Source: an uncultured Actinomycetota bacterium (lineage in GTDB: Bacteria; Actinomycetota; Actinomycetes; Mycobacteriales; Mycobacteriaceae). From it: a DNA stretch of 64,000 bases. Below the pieces are notes generated by a model, which was not told the origin of the DNA, searched no databases, and saw only the letters and a list, made by a program, of their open reading frames with translations. This document shows, piece after piece, positions 32,612-46,461 of this stretch; the stretch's first letter is position 1; every line of letters starts with the position of its first letter. The translations under genes were made by a program, and so were the position numbers. The stretch is taken from contig CAVYPI010000047.1 of NCBI GenBank assembly GCA_963770125.1, positions 10,206-74,205 of the forward strand. Direction: 5' to 3'.

Positions 32612-34768
32612 TCACGGATGCCGGTGGCGTTCCATCAGCGAGACCTGATGGTCGCGCACTGTATGACCCTCCTGCGGCGACGCGGTCCAGTGACCATCGA
32701 AGCCCAACTCCCAGGAGCGGGTCGCGGGGTCCATCGCGGACTCGAAGACATCGTTCAGTTGAGCGGTCAGCCTTGGGTCCTTGACCTGAGCCATCACCTC
32801 GACCCGTCGGTCGAGATTACGATGCATCATGTCTGCGCTGCCGATCCAGAACTCGTCGATGGCGTTGAAGTGAATTACTCGCGAGTGTTCGAGGAACCGG
32901 CCGAGAATCGACCGGACAACGATGTTCTCCGAATAGCCGGGCGCGCCCGGCCGCAACGCGCAGATACCGCGTACCACCACCTCGACGCGCACGCCGGCCT
33001 GCGAAGCGCGGTACAGCGCGTCGATCACTTGCTCGTCCACCAATGCGTTGGCCTTCAGCCGGATCCGGCCCTCTGCGCCCTCACGGTTGGCCGCGATCTC
33101 GCGCTCGATGCGTTCGACGATGCCCCTGCGCACGCCGTACGGCGCAACCAAGAGGTTGCGATAGGACTCCTTGCGCGAGTAACCGGTCAGCGAGTTGAAC
33201 AGATCGGTGAGGTCGGCACCGATATCAGGCGCCGCGGTCAGCAAGCCGACATCTTCATATAGACGGGCGGTTTTCGGGTTGTAGTTGCCCGTGCCGATGT
33301 GGCAGTACCGCCGGATCGTCGAGCCTTCGCGGCGCACCACCAAACACGTCTTGCAGTGCGTCTTCAATCCGATCAACCCGTAGACGACGTGGACGCCGAC
33401 CTGTTCCAATGCGCGGGCCCACTTGATGTTGGCCTGCTCGTCGAAGCGCGCCTTGATCTCGACGAGCGCGACTACCTGTTTGCCTGCCTCCGCAGCGTCA
33501 ATGAGCGCGTTGACGATCGGCGAGTCACCCGAGGTGCGGTACAGCGTCTGTTTGATCGCCAGCACGTTGGGATCGGCGGCGGCCTGCTCGATGAATCGTT
33601 GCACCGTGGTGGAGAACGAATCATAAGGGTGGTGGACAAGCACGTCGCCGTCACGCAGCGTGGAGAAGATGCTCTTGGGTGTTTCGCGTTCGCCGAACGC
33701 TGGCGGCGTCGCGGGTACGAACGGCGGATCCTTGAGCGCCGGGCGGTCGACACCGTAGATCTGCCATAGCGACGACAGGTCGAGCAGCCCGGGCACCTCG
33801 ATGAGATCGCCCGGGGCGACGTCGAGTTCGCGCAACAGCAACTCGAGCATGCTCTCGGTCATGTCGTCGGAGACCTCGAGACGCACCGGTGAGCCGAACC
33901 GTCGTCGCGCCAGCTCCCGCTCCAACGCCTGCAGCAGGTCCTCGTCGCGGTCCTCTTCCACCTCGAAATCCGCATTGCGGGTGATCCGGAACGCGTGATG
34001 CTCGACGATTTCCAGTCCTGGGAAGAGCACCGTCAGGAACGCGGCGATCAACTCCTCCATCGGCAGGAACCGCACGACATCCGAGGTTCCTTCGCGGCGC
34101 GCGAGTTCTACGAAGCGATCAACGTTGTCGGGCACCTTGACTCGCGCGAAGTGCTGGCCCCCGTCGTCGGGGTGCTTGACGGTGATCGCCAGGTTCAGGC
34201 TCAGTCCGCTCACGAACGGGAAGGGGTGCGCCGGGTCAACCGCCAGCGGCGTCAACACCGGGAACACTTGCTCATGGAAGTACGTCGACAGCCGCCCGCG
34301 CTCGTCGTCGTCGAGCTCGGCCCAGGTGACAATGACAATGCCTTCGTCGGCCAGCGCCGGACGCACGGAGTCGAGGAACACGTGCGCGTGCCTGCTGGCG
34401 ATCTGTTGGGTGCGCTCGTTGATCCGGCGCAACTGCTCGCGCGGGGACAGCCCATCGGCCGAGCGCACCGATAGACCCATCTCGTCGCGGCGCTTGAGGC
34501 CGGCGACACGCACCATGTAGAACTCGTCGAGGTTGGACGCAAAGATCGCCAGAAACTTCGCTCGTTCGAGCAGGGGCAACGACGTGTCGGCGGCGAGGGC
34601 AAGCACTCGGGCATTGAAATCCAGCCAGCTCAGCTCGCGGTTGAGGTAGCGATCCTCAGGCAGTGCGTTGTCGACGGCCGGCGAGGTCGCTGCGGGTGGT
34701 GCCACCGGCGCAGAGTCGACCAACTCCGTTCCTGCGTCGGGTCGGATCTGGGCTTCGGCTTCCGTCAT
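32612..34768 (-). CDS. ppk1: Polyphosphate kinase 1
   Basis: [40 protein letters not shown]. Confidence 0.97.
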   Translation of the reverse strand: MTEAEAQIRPDAGTELVDSAPVAPPAATSPAVDNALPEDRYLNRELSWLDFNARVLALAADTSLPLLERAKFLAIFASNLDEFYMVRVAGLKRRDEMGLSVRSADGLSPREQLRRINERTQQIASRHAHVFLDSVRPALADEGIVIVTWAELDDDERGRLSTYFHEQVFPVLTPLAVDPAHPFPFVSGLSLNLAITVKHPDDGGQHFARVKVPDNVDRFVELARREGTSDVVRFLPMEELIAAFLTVLFPGLEIVEHHAFRITRNADFEVEEDRDEDLLQALERELARRRFGSPVRLEVSDDMTESMLELLLRELDVAPGDLIEVPGLLDLSSLWQIYGVDRPALKDPPFVPATPPAFGERETPKSIFSTLRDGDVLVHHPYDSFSTTVQRFIEQAAADPNVLAIKQTLYRTSGDSPIVNALIDAAEAGKQVVALVEIKARFDEQANIKWARALEQVGVHVVYGLIGLKTHCKTCLVVRREGSTIRRYCHIGTGNYNPKTARLYEDVGLLTAAPDIGADLTDLFNSLTGYSRKESYRNLLVAPYGVRRGIVERIEREIAANREGAEGRIRLKANALVDEQVIDALYRASQAGVRVEVVVRGICALRPGAPGYSENIVVRSILGRFLEHSRVIHFNAIDEFWIGSADMMHRNLDRRVEVMAQVKDPRLTAQLNDVFESAMDPATRSWELGFDGHWTASPQEGHTVRDHQVSLMERHRHP

Positions 34769-34834
34769 CTCTCTGATGATTCCTTATCCACCAGCCGCCC
34801 GGCTACTGCGGTGGGCGATCCCGTCGCCCGCTGT

Positions 34835-36531
<1,697 letters not shown>

Positions 36532-36535
36532 GCTA

Positions 36536-37639
36536 ATGGACGGCAAGTACGGCGATTCCACCCGCAGCGTCAAAGCCGTTGGCTCGGAAGCAATTCCGGG
36601 TAGTCCCGTGGCACCGCCGCCTGTTCCGGCGTCGACGTATCATCTGTCCCCCGACGAGACTGAACCACTGGACAGCTACGGGCGCAGCTCCAATCCGACA
36701 TGGCGCCAACTGGAATCGGCGCTGGGTGAACTCGAAGGTGCCGCAACGGCATTGACGTTCGGCTCCGGTATGGCGGCGATCACCTCGGCACTGCGTGTGC
36801 TCGCCAAACCCGGCGCGAAGCTCGTTGTGCCAGCCGACGGTTACTACCAGGTGCGCCGGTATGCAAGGGAATACCTTGCACCGCAGGGGGTTACGGTTGT
36901 CGAAGCCAAGAGTGCCGATATCTGCGCTGCCGCCTCCGACGCCGACGTGGTGCTGGCCGAAACCCCCGTCAATCCCGGCCTGGACGTCGTCGACCTACAC
37001 CATCTGGCGATGACGTGCCGTGGCCGCGGCGCCACTTTGGTCGTCGACAACACCACCGCGACTCCACTTGGGCAGCAGCCGTTGTCGCTTGGTGCCGACC
37101 TGGTGGTGGCCAGCGCGACGAAGGCGCTGTCGGGGCACAGCGATCTCGTCGCCGGCTACGTCGCAGGCAGCCAGCCCGAACTGATGCAGGCGCTCGAACG
37201 CGACCGACTGCTGGCCGGGCCGATTCTCGGTGCGTTCGAGGCGTGGCTGGTGCTGCGCAGTCTCGGCAGCGCAGGCCTGCGGTTCGAACGGCAGTGCCAG
37301 AACGCTCAGGCGGTCGCCGTGATGCTGCGGGCACATCCTGCCGTGAAGTCGGTGCGCTATCCGGGTCTGCCCGACGATCCGTCGCATCCGATCGCCACGC
37401 TGCAGATGAAGCGCTACGGCGGCCTGGTCGCGGTGGAGCTGGAGGACGCCGCGGCGGTGCACGCGCTGGTGGAGCGCAGCGCGCTGGTGATCGCGTCGAC
37501 CAGCTTCGGCGGCATCCACACCTCGGTGGACCGGCGCGCCCGCTGGGGCGATCCGGTCAGCGACGGCTTCGCCCGCATCTCACTGGGCATCGAGGACACC
37601 GACGACCTGATCGCCGATTTCGAGCAGGCGCTGGCCTGA
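36536..37639 (+). CDS. Cystathionine gamma-lyase-like PLP enzyme
   Basis: YGRSSNPT, GSGMAAI, ETPVNP, VDNT, SATKALSGHSD (PLP lysine). Confidence 0.88.
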   Translation: MDGKYGDSTRSVKAVGSEAIPGSPVAPPPVPASTYHLSPDETEPLDSYGRSSNPTWRQLESALGELEGAATALTFGSGMAAITSALRVLAKPGAKLVVPADGYYQVRRYAREYLAPQGVTVVEAKSADICAAASDADVVLAETPVNPGLDVVDLHHLAMTCRGRGATLVVDNTTATPLGQQPLSLGADLVVASATKALSGHSDLVAGYVAGSQPELMQALERDRLLAGPILGAFEAWLVLRSLGSAGLRFERQCQNAQAVAVMLRAHPAVKSVRYPGLPDDPSHPIATLQMKRYGGLVAVELEDAAAVHALVERSALVIASTSFGGIHTSVDRRARWGDPVSDGFARISLGIEDTDDLIADFEQALA

Positions 37640-37726
37640 CCCGGCGCGGCTCAAGCCGGTCGGCTCTTCAGAGAGGACAGCGCTGCGTCGTGCAGCGTTC
37701 GGCCAGAGCGGTAGCCTCTCTAGGTT

Positions 37727-38848
37727 GTGACTGCCCACCAGCCCGGCCCCGCCGGGCGCGTCCGCGTCGCTGTTGTCTACGGCGGGCGCAGCTCCGAGCA
37801 CGCGATTTCGTGTGTTTCCGCTGGCAGCATCCTGCGCAACCTCGACCCCGAGCGGTTCGAAGTGGTCGCGGTCGGCATCACACCCGGCGGATCGTGGGTG
37901 CTGACCGACGGCCGCCCCGAGACTCTGGCGATCACCGACGGTCGGCTGCCGGAGGTCAGCGGGGACTCGGGCACCGAACTGGCGCTGCCCGCCGACCCGC
38001 TTCGCGGTGGCCAACTGCTGTCCCTCGGTCAGGGCGGCGAGGTGCTCGCCGCGGTCGACGTGGTATTTCCCGTCCTGCACGGCCCGTACGGGGAGGACGG
38101 AACCATCCAGGGACTGCTCGAGCTCGCCGGGGTGCCGTACGTCGGCGCCGGTGTGCTGGCCAGTGCGGCAGGCATGGACAAGGAGTTCACCAAGAAGCTG
38201 CTCGTGGCCGAGGGCCTGCCGATCGGCGACCACGTCGTGCTGCGACCGCGCCATGACACAGTCGAACTGGAGGATCGAGAGCGGCTTGGGCTGCCGGTGT
38301 TCGTCAAACCCGCGCGCGGCGGCTCGTCCATCGGCGTCAGCCGGGTCACGGCATGGGACCAGTTGCCCGCGGCGATTGACTTGGCCCGCAGGCATGACCC
38401 GAAGGTGATCGTTGAGGCGGCGATACCCGGGCGCGAATTAGAGTGTGGCGTTTTGGAGTTCCCCGATGGCAGGGTCGAGGCCAGCACAGTCGGGGAGATC
38501 CGGGTCGCAGGCGTGCGGGGCCGCGAGGACGCGTTCTACGACTTCGAGACCAAGTATCTCGATGACGCCGCCGAGCTTGACGTGCCCGCCAAGATCGATG
38601 ACGACGTCGCAGATGCTGTGCGGCAGTTGGCAATTCGGGCGTTCAACGCGGTTGATTGCCAGGGCCTGGCCCGCGTCGACTTCTTTCTCACCGACGACGG
38701 GCCCATCGTCAACGAAATCAACACCATGCCCGGCTTCACCACGATCTCGATGTATCCACGGATGTGGGCGGCCAGCGGCGTGGACTATCCCACACTGTTG
38801 GCCACCATGGTCGAGACGGCGCTGAAGCGCGGCACCGGCCTGCGTTAG
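37727..38848 (+). CDS. ddl: D-alanine--D-alanine ligase
   Basis: [38 protein letters not shown]. Confidence 0.97.
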   Translation: MTAHQPGPAGRVRVAVVYGGRSSEHAISCVSAGSILRNLDPERFEVVAVGITPGGSWVLTDGRPETLAITDGRLPEVSGDSGTELALPADPLRGGQLLSLGQGGEVLAAVDVVFPVLHGPYGEDGTIQGLLELAGVPYVGAGVLASAAGMDKEFTKKLLVAEGLPIGDHVVLRPRHDTVELEDRERLGLPVFVKPARGGSSIGVSRVTAWDQLPAAIDLARRHDPKVIVEAAIPGRELECGVLEFPDGRVEASTVGEIRVAGVRGREDAFYDFETKYLDDAAELDVPAKIDDDVADAVRQLAIRAFNAVDCQGLARVDFFLTDDGPIVNEINTMPGFTTISMYPRMWAASGVDYPTLLATMVETALKRGTGLR

Positions 38849-39378
38849 CGCGCCGGGGCGGGGTCAATCGGCTTGGCCGGCAACGACTTTGCGATCACGT
38901 CAGAGATCTCCTGGATCGGCGTCGGCCCGGATCCCTGCGGCAACGTCAACGCGAGATAGACAGGCCGATCCACCGCGAACCACGTGCTGCGGCCTTCATC
39001 CGCGAGTTCGAACCACTGCACGGCGTCGACTACCTGGATCGGGGAGCCGACGACGAACTCGGCGGGCCGGTCGAGTCCACAGCGCAGAATGACCGGCTCG
39101 CCGTCCGCTGTCCAGGCCGCCGCCCCGGGCGGTGCGGGCTCGGCCGCCGGTGCGCGGCGATAGTCACCGAGACGGTCCGGCAGCTGGGATAGCAGCGCGC
39201 GGCATTCGGCGCTGTCGGCCTTCGGCGCGGGCACGGACGCGATGCCAACGGTTTGTTGCGCGGCCGGGGACTGCTTCAGTGCCGCGACGATGAGCATGCC
39301 GATGATTGCCCCGGCCGCCACGACGATCGCGGCGATCAGCAACGCACGCGGGGGTCCGTCGCGGGTCTCGGCATCCAC
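38845..39378 (-). CDS. DUF3515-like membrane-anchored protein (Rv2980-like)
   Basis: N-terminal hydrophobic helix, AAAW...[26 protein letters not shown]. Confidence 0.8.
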   Translation of the reverse strand: MDAETRDGPPRALLIAAIVVAAGAIIGMLIVAALKQSPAAQQTVGIASVPAPKADSAECRALLSQLPDRLGDYRRAPAAEPAPPGAAAWTADGEPVILRCGLDRPAEFVVGSPIQVVDAVQWFELADEGRSTWFAVDRPVYLALTLPQGSGPTPIQEISDVIAKSLPAKPIDPAPAR

Positions 39379-39388
39379 GGCCCAAACT

Positions 39389-39631
39389 CTAAGGGCGCAC
39401 TCCGTTGGCGATCGGGCAGGTCAGGGTGCGGGTGATGCCGGTGACCTGCTGCACGCTCGGAACGACGTTGGCCTGCAGGTCGGCCAGGTTGTCGGCGCCG
39501 ATGCGCACGACCACGTCGTATGGGCCGGTGACGTACTCCGACGACAGCACGCCAGGGAGGGCGGCGAGTTGCTTGGCGACGACCTCGGCGCGGCCCACCT
39601 CGGTCTGGATCAGCATGAAAGCCTCGACCAC
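39389..39631 (-). CDS. Stand-alone Lrp/AsnC ligand-binding-domain protein
   Basis: VEAFMLIQTEVGRA...VTGPYDVVVR...ITRTLTCP; no HTH. Confidence 0.87.
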   Translation of the reverse strand: MVEAFMLIQTEVGRAEVVAKQLAALPGVLSSEYVTGPYDVVVRIGADNLADLQANVVPSVQQVTGITRTLTCPIANGVRP

Positions 39632-39725
39632 CCGTTATCCCCTCCGTCTCGCTGCATAGACTCCTGGCCGCAGGCACCAAACGTACCGCAGGTCCGGCCG
39701 GTGTTCAGGCCACGAAAGGGGCGGC

Positions 39726-40682
39726 ATGGCAACCGACGAGCCGGCCGAGACCCTGGCCGGGGTGGGGGAGTTCGCCGTGATCGACCGCCTGGTCAAGGGC
39801 CGCGATCAGCCGGCGACGGTCGTGCTGGGACCCGGCGACGACGCCGCGGTGGTCGTCGCCGGCGGCGGCAGGACGGTGGTGTCAACCGACATGCTGGTGG
39901 CCGGACGGCACTTCCGGCTCGACTGGTCCACACCGCATGACGTGGGCCGCAAGGCCATCGCGCAAAACGCCGCCGACATCGAGGCGATGGGTGCGCAGGC
40001 CACCGCGTTCGTCGTCGCGTTCGGCGCGCCCGCGGACACGGCCACCTCGCAGGTGCTCGAGTTGGCGGACGGCATGTGGCACGAGGCCCGGCTACTCGGG
40101 GCCGGAATCGTCGGCGGTGATCTGGTCAGCGCCCCGCAATGGGTGATTTCGGTGACGGTGCTGGGCGACCTGGGCGGCCGCGAGCCGGTGCGCCGCAGCG
40201 GCGCGAGGCCAGGCGACGCGGTGGCAGTCGCGGGCGAGCTGGGCCGTTCTGCTGCTGGTTATGCGTTGTGGCACAGCGATATTCGCCGGTTCGAAGCGTT
40301 GCGTCGTCGCCATCTGGTGCCCGAACCGAGGTACGGGCAGGGCCGGGCCGCCGCCGATGCCGGAGCGACCGCGATGACGGATGTATCCGACGGGTTGATG
40401 GCCGATCTGGGCCATATCGCCACGGCATCGGGTGTCGGGATCGATTTGTCGACCGCCGCGCTTTCCGCCGACCGTGATGCCGTGGCCGACGCGGCCGCGG
40501 CGGCCGGAGCCGACGCGTGGGCATGGGTGCTCGGCGGCGGCGAGGACCACGCGCTGGTCGCCGCGTTCCCCGCATCGCCGCCGACGGGTTGGCGGGCAAT
40601 CGGCCGGGTGCTCGACGGGCCGCCTCGCGTTTTGGTGGACGGCGCCGAATGGAACGGAAATCCGGGTTGGCAGTCGTTCTGA
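39726..40682 (+). CDS. thiL: Thiamine-monophosphate kinase
   Basis: GEFAVI, GPGDDAA, GGD, DVSDGL, GGEDHAL. Confidence 0.95.
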   Translation: MATDEPAETLAGVGEFAVIDRLVKGRDQPATVVLGPGDDAAVVVAGGGRTVVSTDMLVAGRHFRLDWSTPHDVGRKAIAQNAADIEAMGAQATAFVVAFGAPADTATSQVLELADGMWHEARLLGAGIVGGDLVSAPQWVISVTVLGDLGGREPVRRSGARPGDAVAVAGELGRSAAGYALWHSDIRRFEALRRRHLVPEPRYGQGRAAADAGATAMTDVSDGLMADLGHIATASGVGIDLSTAALSADRDAVADAAAAAGADAWAWVLGGGEDHALVAAFPASPPTGWRAIGRVLDGPPRVLVDGAEWNGNPGWQSF

Positions 40683-40710
40683 CCGACCGCGCCCGCTAGG
40701 TTGGCTTTTC

Positions 40711-41394
40711 GTGACCGCACGCCCCCTGCATGAACTCGTCGACGACGGTTGGGCCAACGCATTGGAACCCGTCGGCCCACAGGTCGCTCAGATGGGTGAG
40801 TTTCTACGGGCCGAGCTCGCGGCGGGGCACCGGTACCTGCCTGCTGGCCCGAATGTGTTGCGCGCCTTCACGTTCCCGTTCGACCAAGTGCGGGTGCTCG
40901 TCGTCGGGCAGGATCCCTACCCGACGCCGGGCCACGCGGTGGGCTTGAGCTTCTCGGTGGCGGCCGACGTGCGACCGCTGCCCCGCAGCCTGGAGAACAT
41001 CTTCACCGAGTACGGCAAGGACCTGGGTTACCCACCGCCGTCCACCGGCGACCTGACACCGTGGGCCGAACGCGGCGTGATGCTGCTCAACAGGGTGCTC
41101 ACCGTGCGCCCGGGCAATCCGGCGTCACACAGGGGCAAGGGCTGGGAAGCGGTGACCGAATGCGCGATCCGTGCACTCGTGGCGCGGGAGCAGCCGCTGG
41201 TGGCGGTGTTGTGGGGCCGCGACGCCTCCACGTTGAAACCCATGCTCGACGGCAGCGACTGCGTGGCGATCGAATCGCCCCATCCCTCGCCGCTGTCGGC
41301 GTCGCGCGGTTTCTTTGGCTCGCGGCCGTTCAGCCGCGCGAACGAGCTGCTGGGGAAGATGGGCGCCGACCCGATCGACTGGCGCCTGCCTTAG
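40711..41394 (+). CDS. ung: Uracil-DNA glycosylase
   Basis: [19 protein letters not shown]. Confidence 0.96.
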   Translation: MTARPLHELVDDGWANALEPVGPQVAQMGEFLRAELAAGHRYLPAGPNVLRAFTFPFDQVRVLVVGQDPYPTPGHAVGLSFSVAADVRPLPRSLENIFTEYGKDLGYPPPSTGDLTPWAERGVMLLNRVLTVRPGNPASHRGKGWEAVTECAIRALVAREQPLVAVLWGRDASTLKPMLDGSDCVAIESPHPSPLSASRGFFGSRPFSRANELLGKMGADPIDWRLP

Positions 41395-41399
41395 CTGCT

Positions 41400-41462
41400 C
41401 GCCGAGATCGACGTTTTGGCGACCGCAACTCGCACTTTCACGCCCAAGTGTCCGTTTGGGCG
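41400..41462. repeat. ~63-nt REP-like element, family A
   Basis: CGCCGAGATCGACGTTTTGGCGA...ACTCGCACT...TGTCCGTTTGGGCG. Confidence 0.8.
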
Positions 41463-41466
41463 TGAT

Positions 41467-41661
41467 TTAACCGCGCGAGACCTTGCCGGCCTTGATGCAG
41501 GAGGTGCACACGTTGATGCGCTTCTTGTTCCCGCCGGGGTGGGTCACGGCGCGCACGGTCTGGATGTTGGGATCCCACCGACGGCTGGTCCGGCGATGGG
41601 AGTGCGACACCGACTTGCCGAAGCCGGGGCCCTTCCCGCAGATCTCGCAGACGGCAGCCAT
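41467..41661 (-). CDS. rpmB: 50S ribosomal protein L28 (Cys-containing, Zn-binding form)
   Basis: MAAVCEICGKGPGFGKSVSHSHRRTSRRWDPNIQ...VCTSCIKAGKV. Confidence 0.96.
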   Translation of the reverse strand: MAAVCEICGKGPGFGKSVSHSHRRTSRRWDPNIQTVRAVTHPGGNKKRINVCTSCIKAGKVSRG

Positions 41662-41894
41662 ATCTAGAACTCCTCGGATCAGTACTTGGGGGTCTGGGTT
41701 CGTTTCGCCGGAATACCGGCGACGGGTCGACCCGACAACCTGACCAGGATACCGGCCGCGACGAGGATCACCAAAAACGCATCCACCGGCGCGAACGTTG
41801 TGTCGAGCCGTGTCGCTGCCACTGACTAGGCTGGCGCCCACGGCGGCACGAGGGATGGCGTGGCGCGGAGCGCCACATTGGACGGAGGTTTTCG

Positions 41895-43529
41895 ATGTCG
41901 GCTCGGCGGCTCGATGCCTCCACCCTGCGGGACTGGGCACACACCGCCGTCGGCGACCTCATTTCGCACACCGACCAGATCAATCGGCTCAATGTGTTCC
42001 CGGTTGCCGACGCCGACACCGGCACAAACATGCTGTTCACGATGCGTTCGGCGTGGGCGCAGGCCGACACGCACTCCGACAGCGACGACGTGACGCAGGT
42101 CGCCGCCGCGCTGGCCGCCGGCGCGTTGCACGGCGCTCGAGGCAACTCCGGCGTCATCCTGTCGCAGATCTTGCGCGGCCTGGCCGACGTGGTCTCGTCC
42201 GCCGCCGCAGACCGCGGCGGGGCGCTGGCCGACATCGACGGTCGCGTTTTCGCGGCGGCACTGCGGCACGCGGTCGGATTGGTCGTCGCGTCGATGGGCG
42301 AGCCCGTGCCCGGCACGATCGTCTCGGTGCTTCAGGAGGCGGCGGGTGCGGCCGAACACGCGGGCGCCGACGGCGCGGGCCTCGCCGAGGTGGTGTCCGC
42401 GGCCGCCGACGCCGCGGCCGTCGCACTCGACAAGACCACCGGGCAACTCGATGTGCTGGCCGAGGCCGGCGTGGTGGACGCCGGTGGCCGTGGCCTGCTG
42501 GTACTGCTGGACGCGATGAGCAACACGCTGACAGGGCGTGCGCCGCACCGGAACGACTACCTGCCGTCCCCGCCGCACGCCGACGCCGCCGCGAGCGCCA
42601 TCGCCGCGCCGCAGTTCGAGGTGATGTACCTGCTCAGCGGTTGCGACGCCCGCGGCGTCGAGACGCTCCGCGAACGGCTGGACCAGCTTGGCGAATCGGT
42701 GGCCATCGCGGCGTCGGCGGATGGAGCAGGCCACTACTCGGTGCACGTCCACGCCGATGATGCGGGCGCTGCCGTGGAGGCGGCCTTGTCGGTCGGCACG
42801 CCGAGCCGGATCCAGATCACTTCGCTGTCGGGCAGCGCCGGTGCGCGGTCGGCGGGCGGGTGGAGCCGCGAACGCGCGGTCCTTGCGGTGGTCGACGGTG
42901 ACGGTGCCGCGGAACTGTTCGCCGGCGAGGGTGCGCACGTGTTGCGGCCAGAAGCCGACGCCCCCGTCAGCGCTAAGCAACTGTTGCACGCGCTCGTCAA
43001 CACGGGTGCGGCGCAGATCATGGTGTTGCCCAACGGCTACGTCGCCGCTGAGGAACTCGTCGCGGGCTGCACCGCGGCGATCGGCTGGGGCATCGACGTC
43101 GTGCCGGTGCCCGCCGGTTCCATGGTGCAGGGCCTGGCCGCGCTGGCGGTGCACGACGCCGAGCGGCAGGCCGTCGACGACGGCTACACCATGGCCCGCG
43201 CCGCCGCGGGCGCCCGGCACGGCTCGGTGCGCGTGGCCACCGAGGAGGCGCTGACGTGGGCGGGCACCTGCAAACCAGGCGACGGGTTGGCGATCGCGGG
43301 CGACGAGGTGCTGATCGTCGGTAACGACGTCACCGCGGCCGCCGCGGGCCTGATCGACCTGCTGCTGGCCGCGGGCGGTGAGCTCGTGACGGTGCTGACG
43401 GGTGCCGGGGTCGACGGCAGTGTCGGAGAAGCGCTGCGGGAGCATGTGCACTCCCAGCATCTCGGTGCCGAGCTGGTGACGTATCACACCGACCATCGCG
43501 GGGATGCGTTGCTGATCGGGGTGGAGTAG
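41895..43529 (+). CDS. DAK2-domain protein (FakA/YloV-like)
   Basis: INRLNVFPVADADTGTNM, GARGNSGVILSQ, VVDAGG. Confidence 0.92.
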   Translation: MSARRLDASTLRDWAHTAVGDLISHTDQINRLNVFPVADADTGTNMLFTMRSAWAQADTHSDSDDVTQVAAALAAGALHGARGNSGVILSQILRGLADVVSSAAADRGGALADIDGRVFAAALRHAVGLVVASMGEPVPGTIVSVLQEAAGAAEHAGADGAGLAEVVSAAADAAAVALDKTTGQLDVLAEAGVVDAGGRGLLVLLDAMSNTLTGRAPHRNDYLPSPPHADAAASAIAAPQFEVMYLLSGCDARGVETLRERLDQLGESVAIAASADGAGHYSVHVHADDAGAAVEAALSVGTPSRIQITSLSGSAGARSAGGWSRERAVLAVVDGDGAAELFAGEGAHVLRPEADAPVSAKQLLHALVNTGAAQIMVLPNGYVAAEELVAGCTAAIGWGIDVVPVPAGSMVQGLAALAVHDAERQAVDDGYTMARAAAGARHGSVRVATEEALTWAGTCKPGDGLAIAGDEVLIVGNDVTAAAAGLIDLLLAAGGELVTVLTGAGVDGSVGEALREHVHSQHLGAELVTYHTDHRGDALLIGVE

Positions 43530-43531
43530 CC

Positions 43532-45752
43532 GTGGCCGTGCTGACCGACCGGCTGGACTACGTCCTCGGCAAGAAGGCCGCGGGTCCGCTCGAGGAGCAC
43601 TTCGGCATCCGCACTGTCAACGACCTGCTTCGGCACTACCCGCGCAAGTACAGCGACGGCATGACCGTGCTCGGTGAGGGTGAGGACCTCGAGGAAGGCG
43701 AACACGTCACGTTCGTCGACGTCATCGAAGCCAAGGCCGCGATAGCCAAGTGGACGAGCCGGCCAGCCAAAGCGGGAAGTACCTCGTCGTCACGCTGGGA
43801 CATCGACGGCCGAAGGTGACTGCGACGTTCTTCAACGCGAAGTATGCTCAAGAAGCGGCTTGGTCGAAGGCACTCGCCTGATGCTGTCCGGGCGAGGTCG
43901 GATACTTCAGGGGCACACTGCAATTGACCCATCCGGCGTTCCTCGTGCTCGAGTCGCCGAGCGGCAGACGATCGGCACCAAATCGCTCAAGACGATCGCA
44001 TCGACATCGGGGGCAACCGGCGAGGAGCTGTTGTCGGTGTTCGAGCGGGAGTTCTTCCCGATCTATCCCGCCAATAAGAAGGTGCAGAGCTGGGACATCT
44101 ACGCGTGTGTGCGTCAGGTACTCGACGTGCTCGACCCGATCGACGAGCCGCTCCCGAAATCTATTCTGCAGCAGCGGAATCTGATAACCGAAGACGAAGC
44201 GTTACGCGCGATCCACCTCGCCGAGAACACGGCCGAGCGCGAGCGCGCCCAGGCCCGACTGACGTTTGACGAGGCGGTCGGCTTGCAATGGGCCCTGGTG
44301 GGACGGCGATACGGCGAACTGAGCGAATCTGGTCCGGTCGCCCAGCCGGAAGACGACGGCCTCTTGACCACGATGCGCGAGCAGCTGCCGTTCGAATTGA
44401 CCGATGGCCAAAAGGAAGTATTTGAGGCGCTGTCGGCTGAACTGTCGGTGAGCCGGCCCATGAACCGCATGCTGCAGGGTGAGGTGGGGTCGGGCAAGAC
44501 CATCGTCTCGGTGCTGGCGATGCTGCAGATGATCGACGCCGGGTACCAGTGCGCGTTGTTGGCGCCGACGGAAGTCCTTGCCGCCCAACATGCTCGGTCG
44601 ATCCGGGATGTCCTCGGGCCGTTGGCGATGGCGGGTCAACTGGGCGGCGCCGACCGCGCGACGCGCGTCGCGCTGCTGACCGGGTCCATGTCGCCTCAAC
44701 AGAAGCGGGAGGTGCGCGACGAAGTCGCGACCGGCGATGCGGGCATCGTCATCGGCACGCACGCGCTGTTGCAGGACGCGGTGGAGTTCAAACAGCTCGG
44801 CATGGTAGTCGTCGACGAACAACACCGGTTCGGTGTTGAGCAGCGAGACCGGTTGCGCGCCAAGGCTCCCGACGGGCTGACGCCGCACCTACTGGTGATG
44901 ACGGCGACGCCGATTCCGCGCACCGTAGCGCTCACCGTTTACGGCGACCTCGAAACATCGACGCTGAGGGAGCTCCCGCGCGGTCGCCGGCCCATTACCA
45001 CCAACACGATCTTCGTCAAGGAGAAGCCGGCGTGGCTGCAGCGGGCCTGGCAGCGCATTATTGAAGAAGTCGGTGCCGGTCGCCAGGCGTATGTCGTGGC
45101 ATCGCGGATCGATGAGAGCGACAAGCCCGCCAAGGGCGATCAGGGTCCGCCGGCTACCACAGTGGTGAACTTGTTCGAACAGCTGCGCCACGGACCGCTC
45201 TCCGGATTGCGCGTGGGCTTGATGCACGGTCGGCTCCCCAGCGACGAGAAGGACGCCGTGATGGCGGCGTTCCGCGCGGGCCAGATCGATGTCTTGGTGT
45301 GCACCACCGTCATCGAGGTGGGCGTAGACGTGCCGAATGCGACGGTGATGGTGGTGGTGGATGCCGACCGGTTCGGCATCAGCCAGCTCCACCAGCTTCG
45401 GGGACGCATCGGCCGCGGCCAGCACCCCAGCCTGTGCTTGCTGGCCACCCAGCTACCGGAGGGGTCCAAGGCGGGGCAGCGGCTCAAGGCCGTGGCCGGC
45501 ACCCTGGACGGTTTCAAGCTCGCCGACCTCGATTTGCAGGAACGCAAAGAGGGAGATGTGTTGGGGCTCAGCCAATCCGGCCGGCCCATCACGCTCAGGT
45601 TCCTATTGCTCTCCGAGCACCTCGACATCATTCTCGCCGCCCGTGAGTTCTGCGAAAAGCTCTACGAGAAGGACCCAGCGAATTCCGGAATGGCCGTCCT
45701 GGCAGCGCAGTTCATCGATACCGACCGCGTCGAGTACCTGGACAAGGCATGA
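43532..45752 (+). CDS. recG: ATP-dependent DNA helicase RecG, several indels at about 43740-43970
   Basis: DLLRHYPRKY, QGEVGSGKT, DEQHRFG, MTATPIPRT, HQLRGRIGRG. Confidence 0.93.
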
Positions 45753-46456
45753 GCCGCAACCGGCTGCTGTGGCTGGCGCTCACTGTCGCCTTGGCCGTGG
45801 TGGTCGCCTTTCAAGTCACGGCGACATCGGGTGACCGGGCCCAGTTCGTCGCGCAGGCCGACATCCCCACCGTTGCACCGGGTGTCGACGTGCTCGCAGG
45901 CATCGCGGAGGTGCCGGTCCGGATCCGAAGCCATGACTACCGCAGGGATGCGTTCGGCGACACCTGGACCGACGACAATCCCGCGCCGGGCGGCCACAAC
46001 GGCTGCGACACTCGCAACGACATCCTCAACCGCGACCTCGTCGACAAGACGTATGTCTCAATCAAGCGCTGCCCCAACGCCGTTGCGACCGGCACGCTGC
46101 ACGACCCCTACACCAACGCCACGGTGGCATTCGTGCGCGGCGCCCAGGTCGGCGCGGCGGTGCAGATCGACCACATCGTGCCGTTGGCGTTGGCGTGGGA
46201 CCTCGGCGCCCGCAACTGGACCGACGACATGCGCCTCCGGTTCGCCAACGACCCGGCGAACCTTCTTGCCGTCGACGGCCAGGCGAACCAGGACAAGGGC
46301 GACCAGGAACCGTCAACGTGGATGCCGCCGAACACGGCTTTCCGGTGCCAGTACGCGATTCAGTTCATCGCCGTGCTGCGCGGCTACGGTTTGCCGCTGG
46401 ACGCGCCGTCGGCGCCCGTGCTGCGGGAGGCGGCCGATACCTGTCCGAAGGGCTGA
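45749..46456 (+). CDS. Exported HNH endonuclease family protein (DUF1524/Rv2972c-like)
   Basis: N-terminal signal/TM, CDTRNDIL, QIDHIVPL, FANDPANLLAV...NQDKGD. Confidence 0.87.
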   Translation: MSRNRLLWLALTVALAVVVAFQVTATSGDRAQFVAQADIPTVAPGVDVLAGIAEVPVRIRSHDYRRDAFGDTWTDDNPAPGGHNGCDTRNDILNRDLVDKTYVSIKRCPNAVATGTLHDPYTNATVAFVRGAQVGAAVQIDHIVPLALAWDLGARNWTDDMRLRFANDPANLLAVDGQANQDKGDQEPSTWMPPNTAFRCQYAIQFIAVLRGYGLPLDAPSAPVLREAADTCPKG

Positions 46457-46461
46457 ATCCG

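Noticed and set aside
45749-46456. RecG helicase plus HNH nuclease as a defence system
   Set aside because: Matches the conserved recG-Rv2972c arrangement; the nuclease has an export signal
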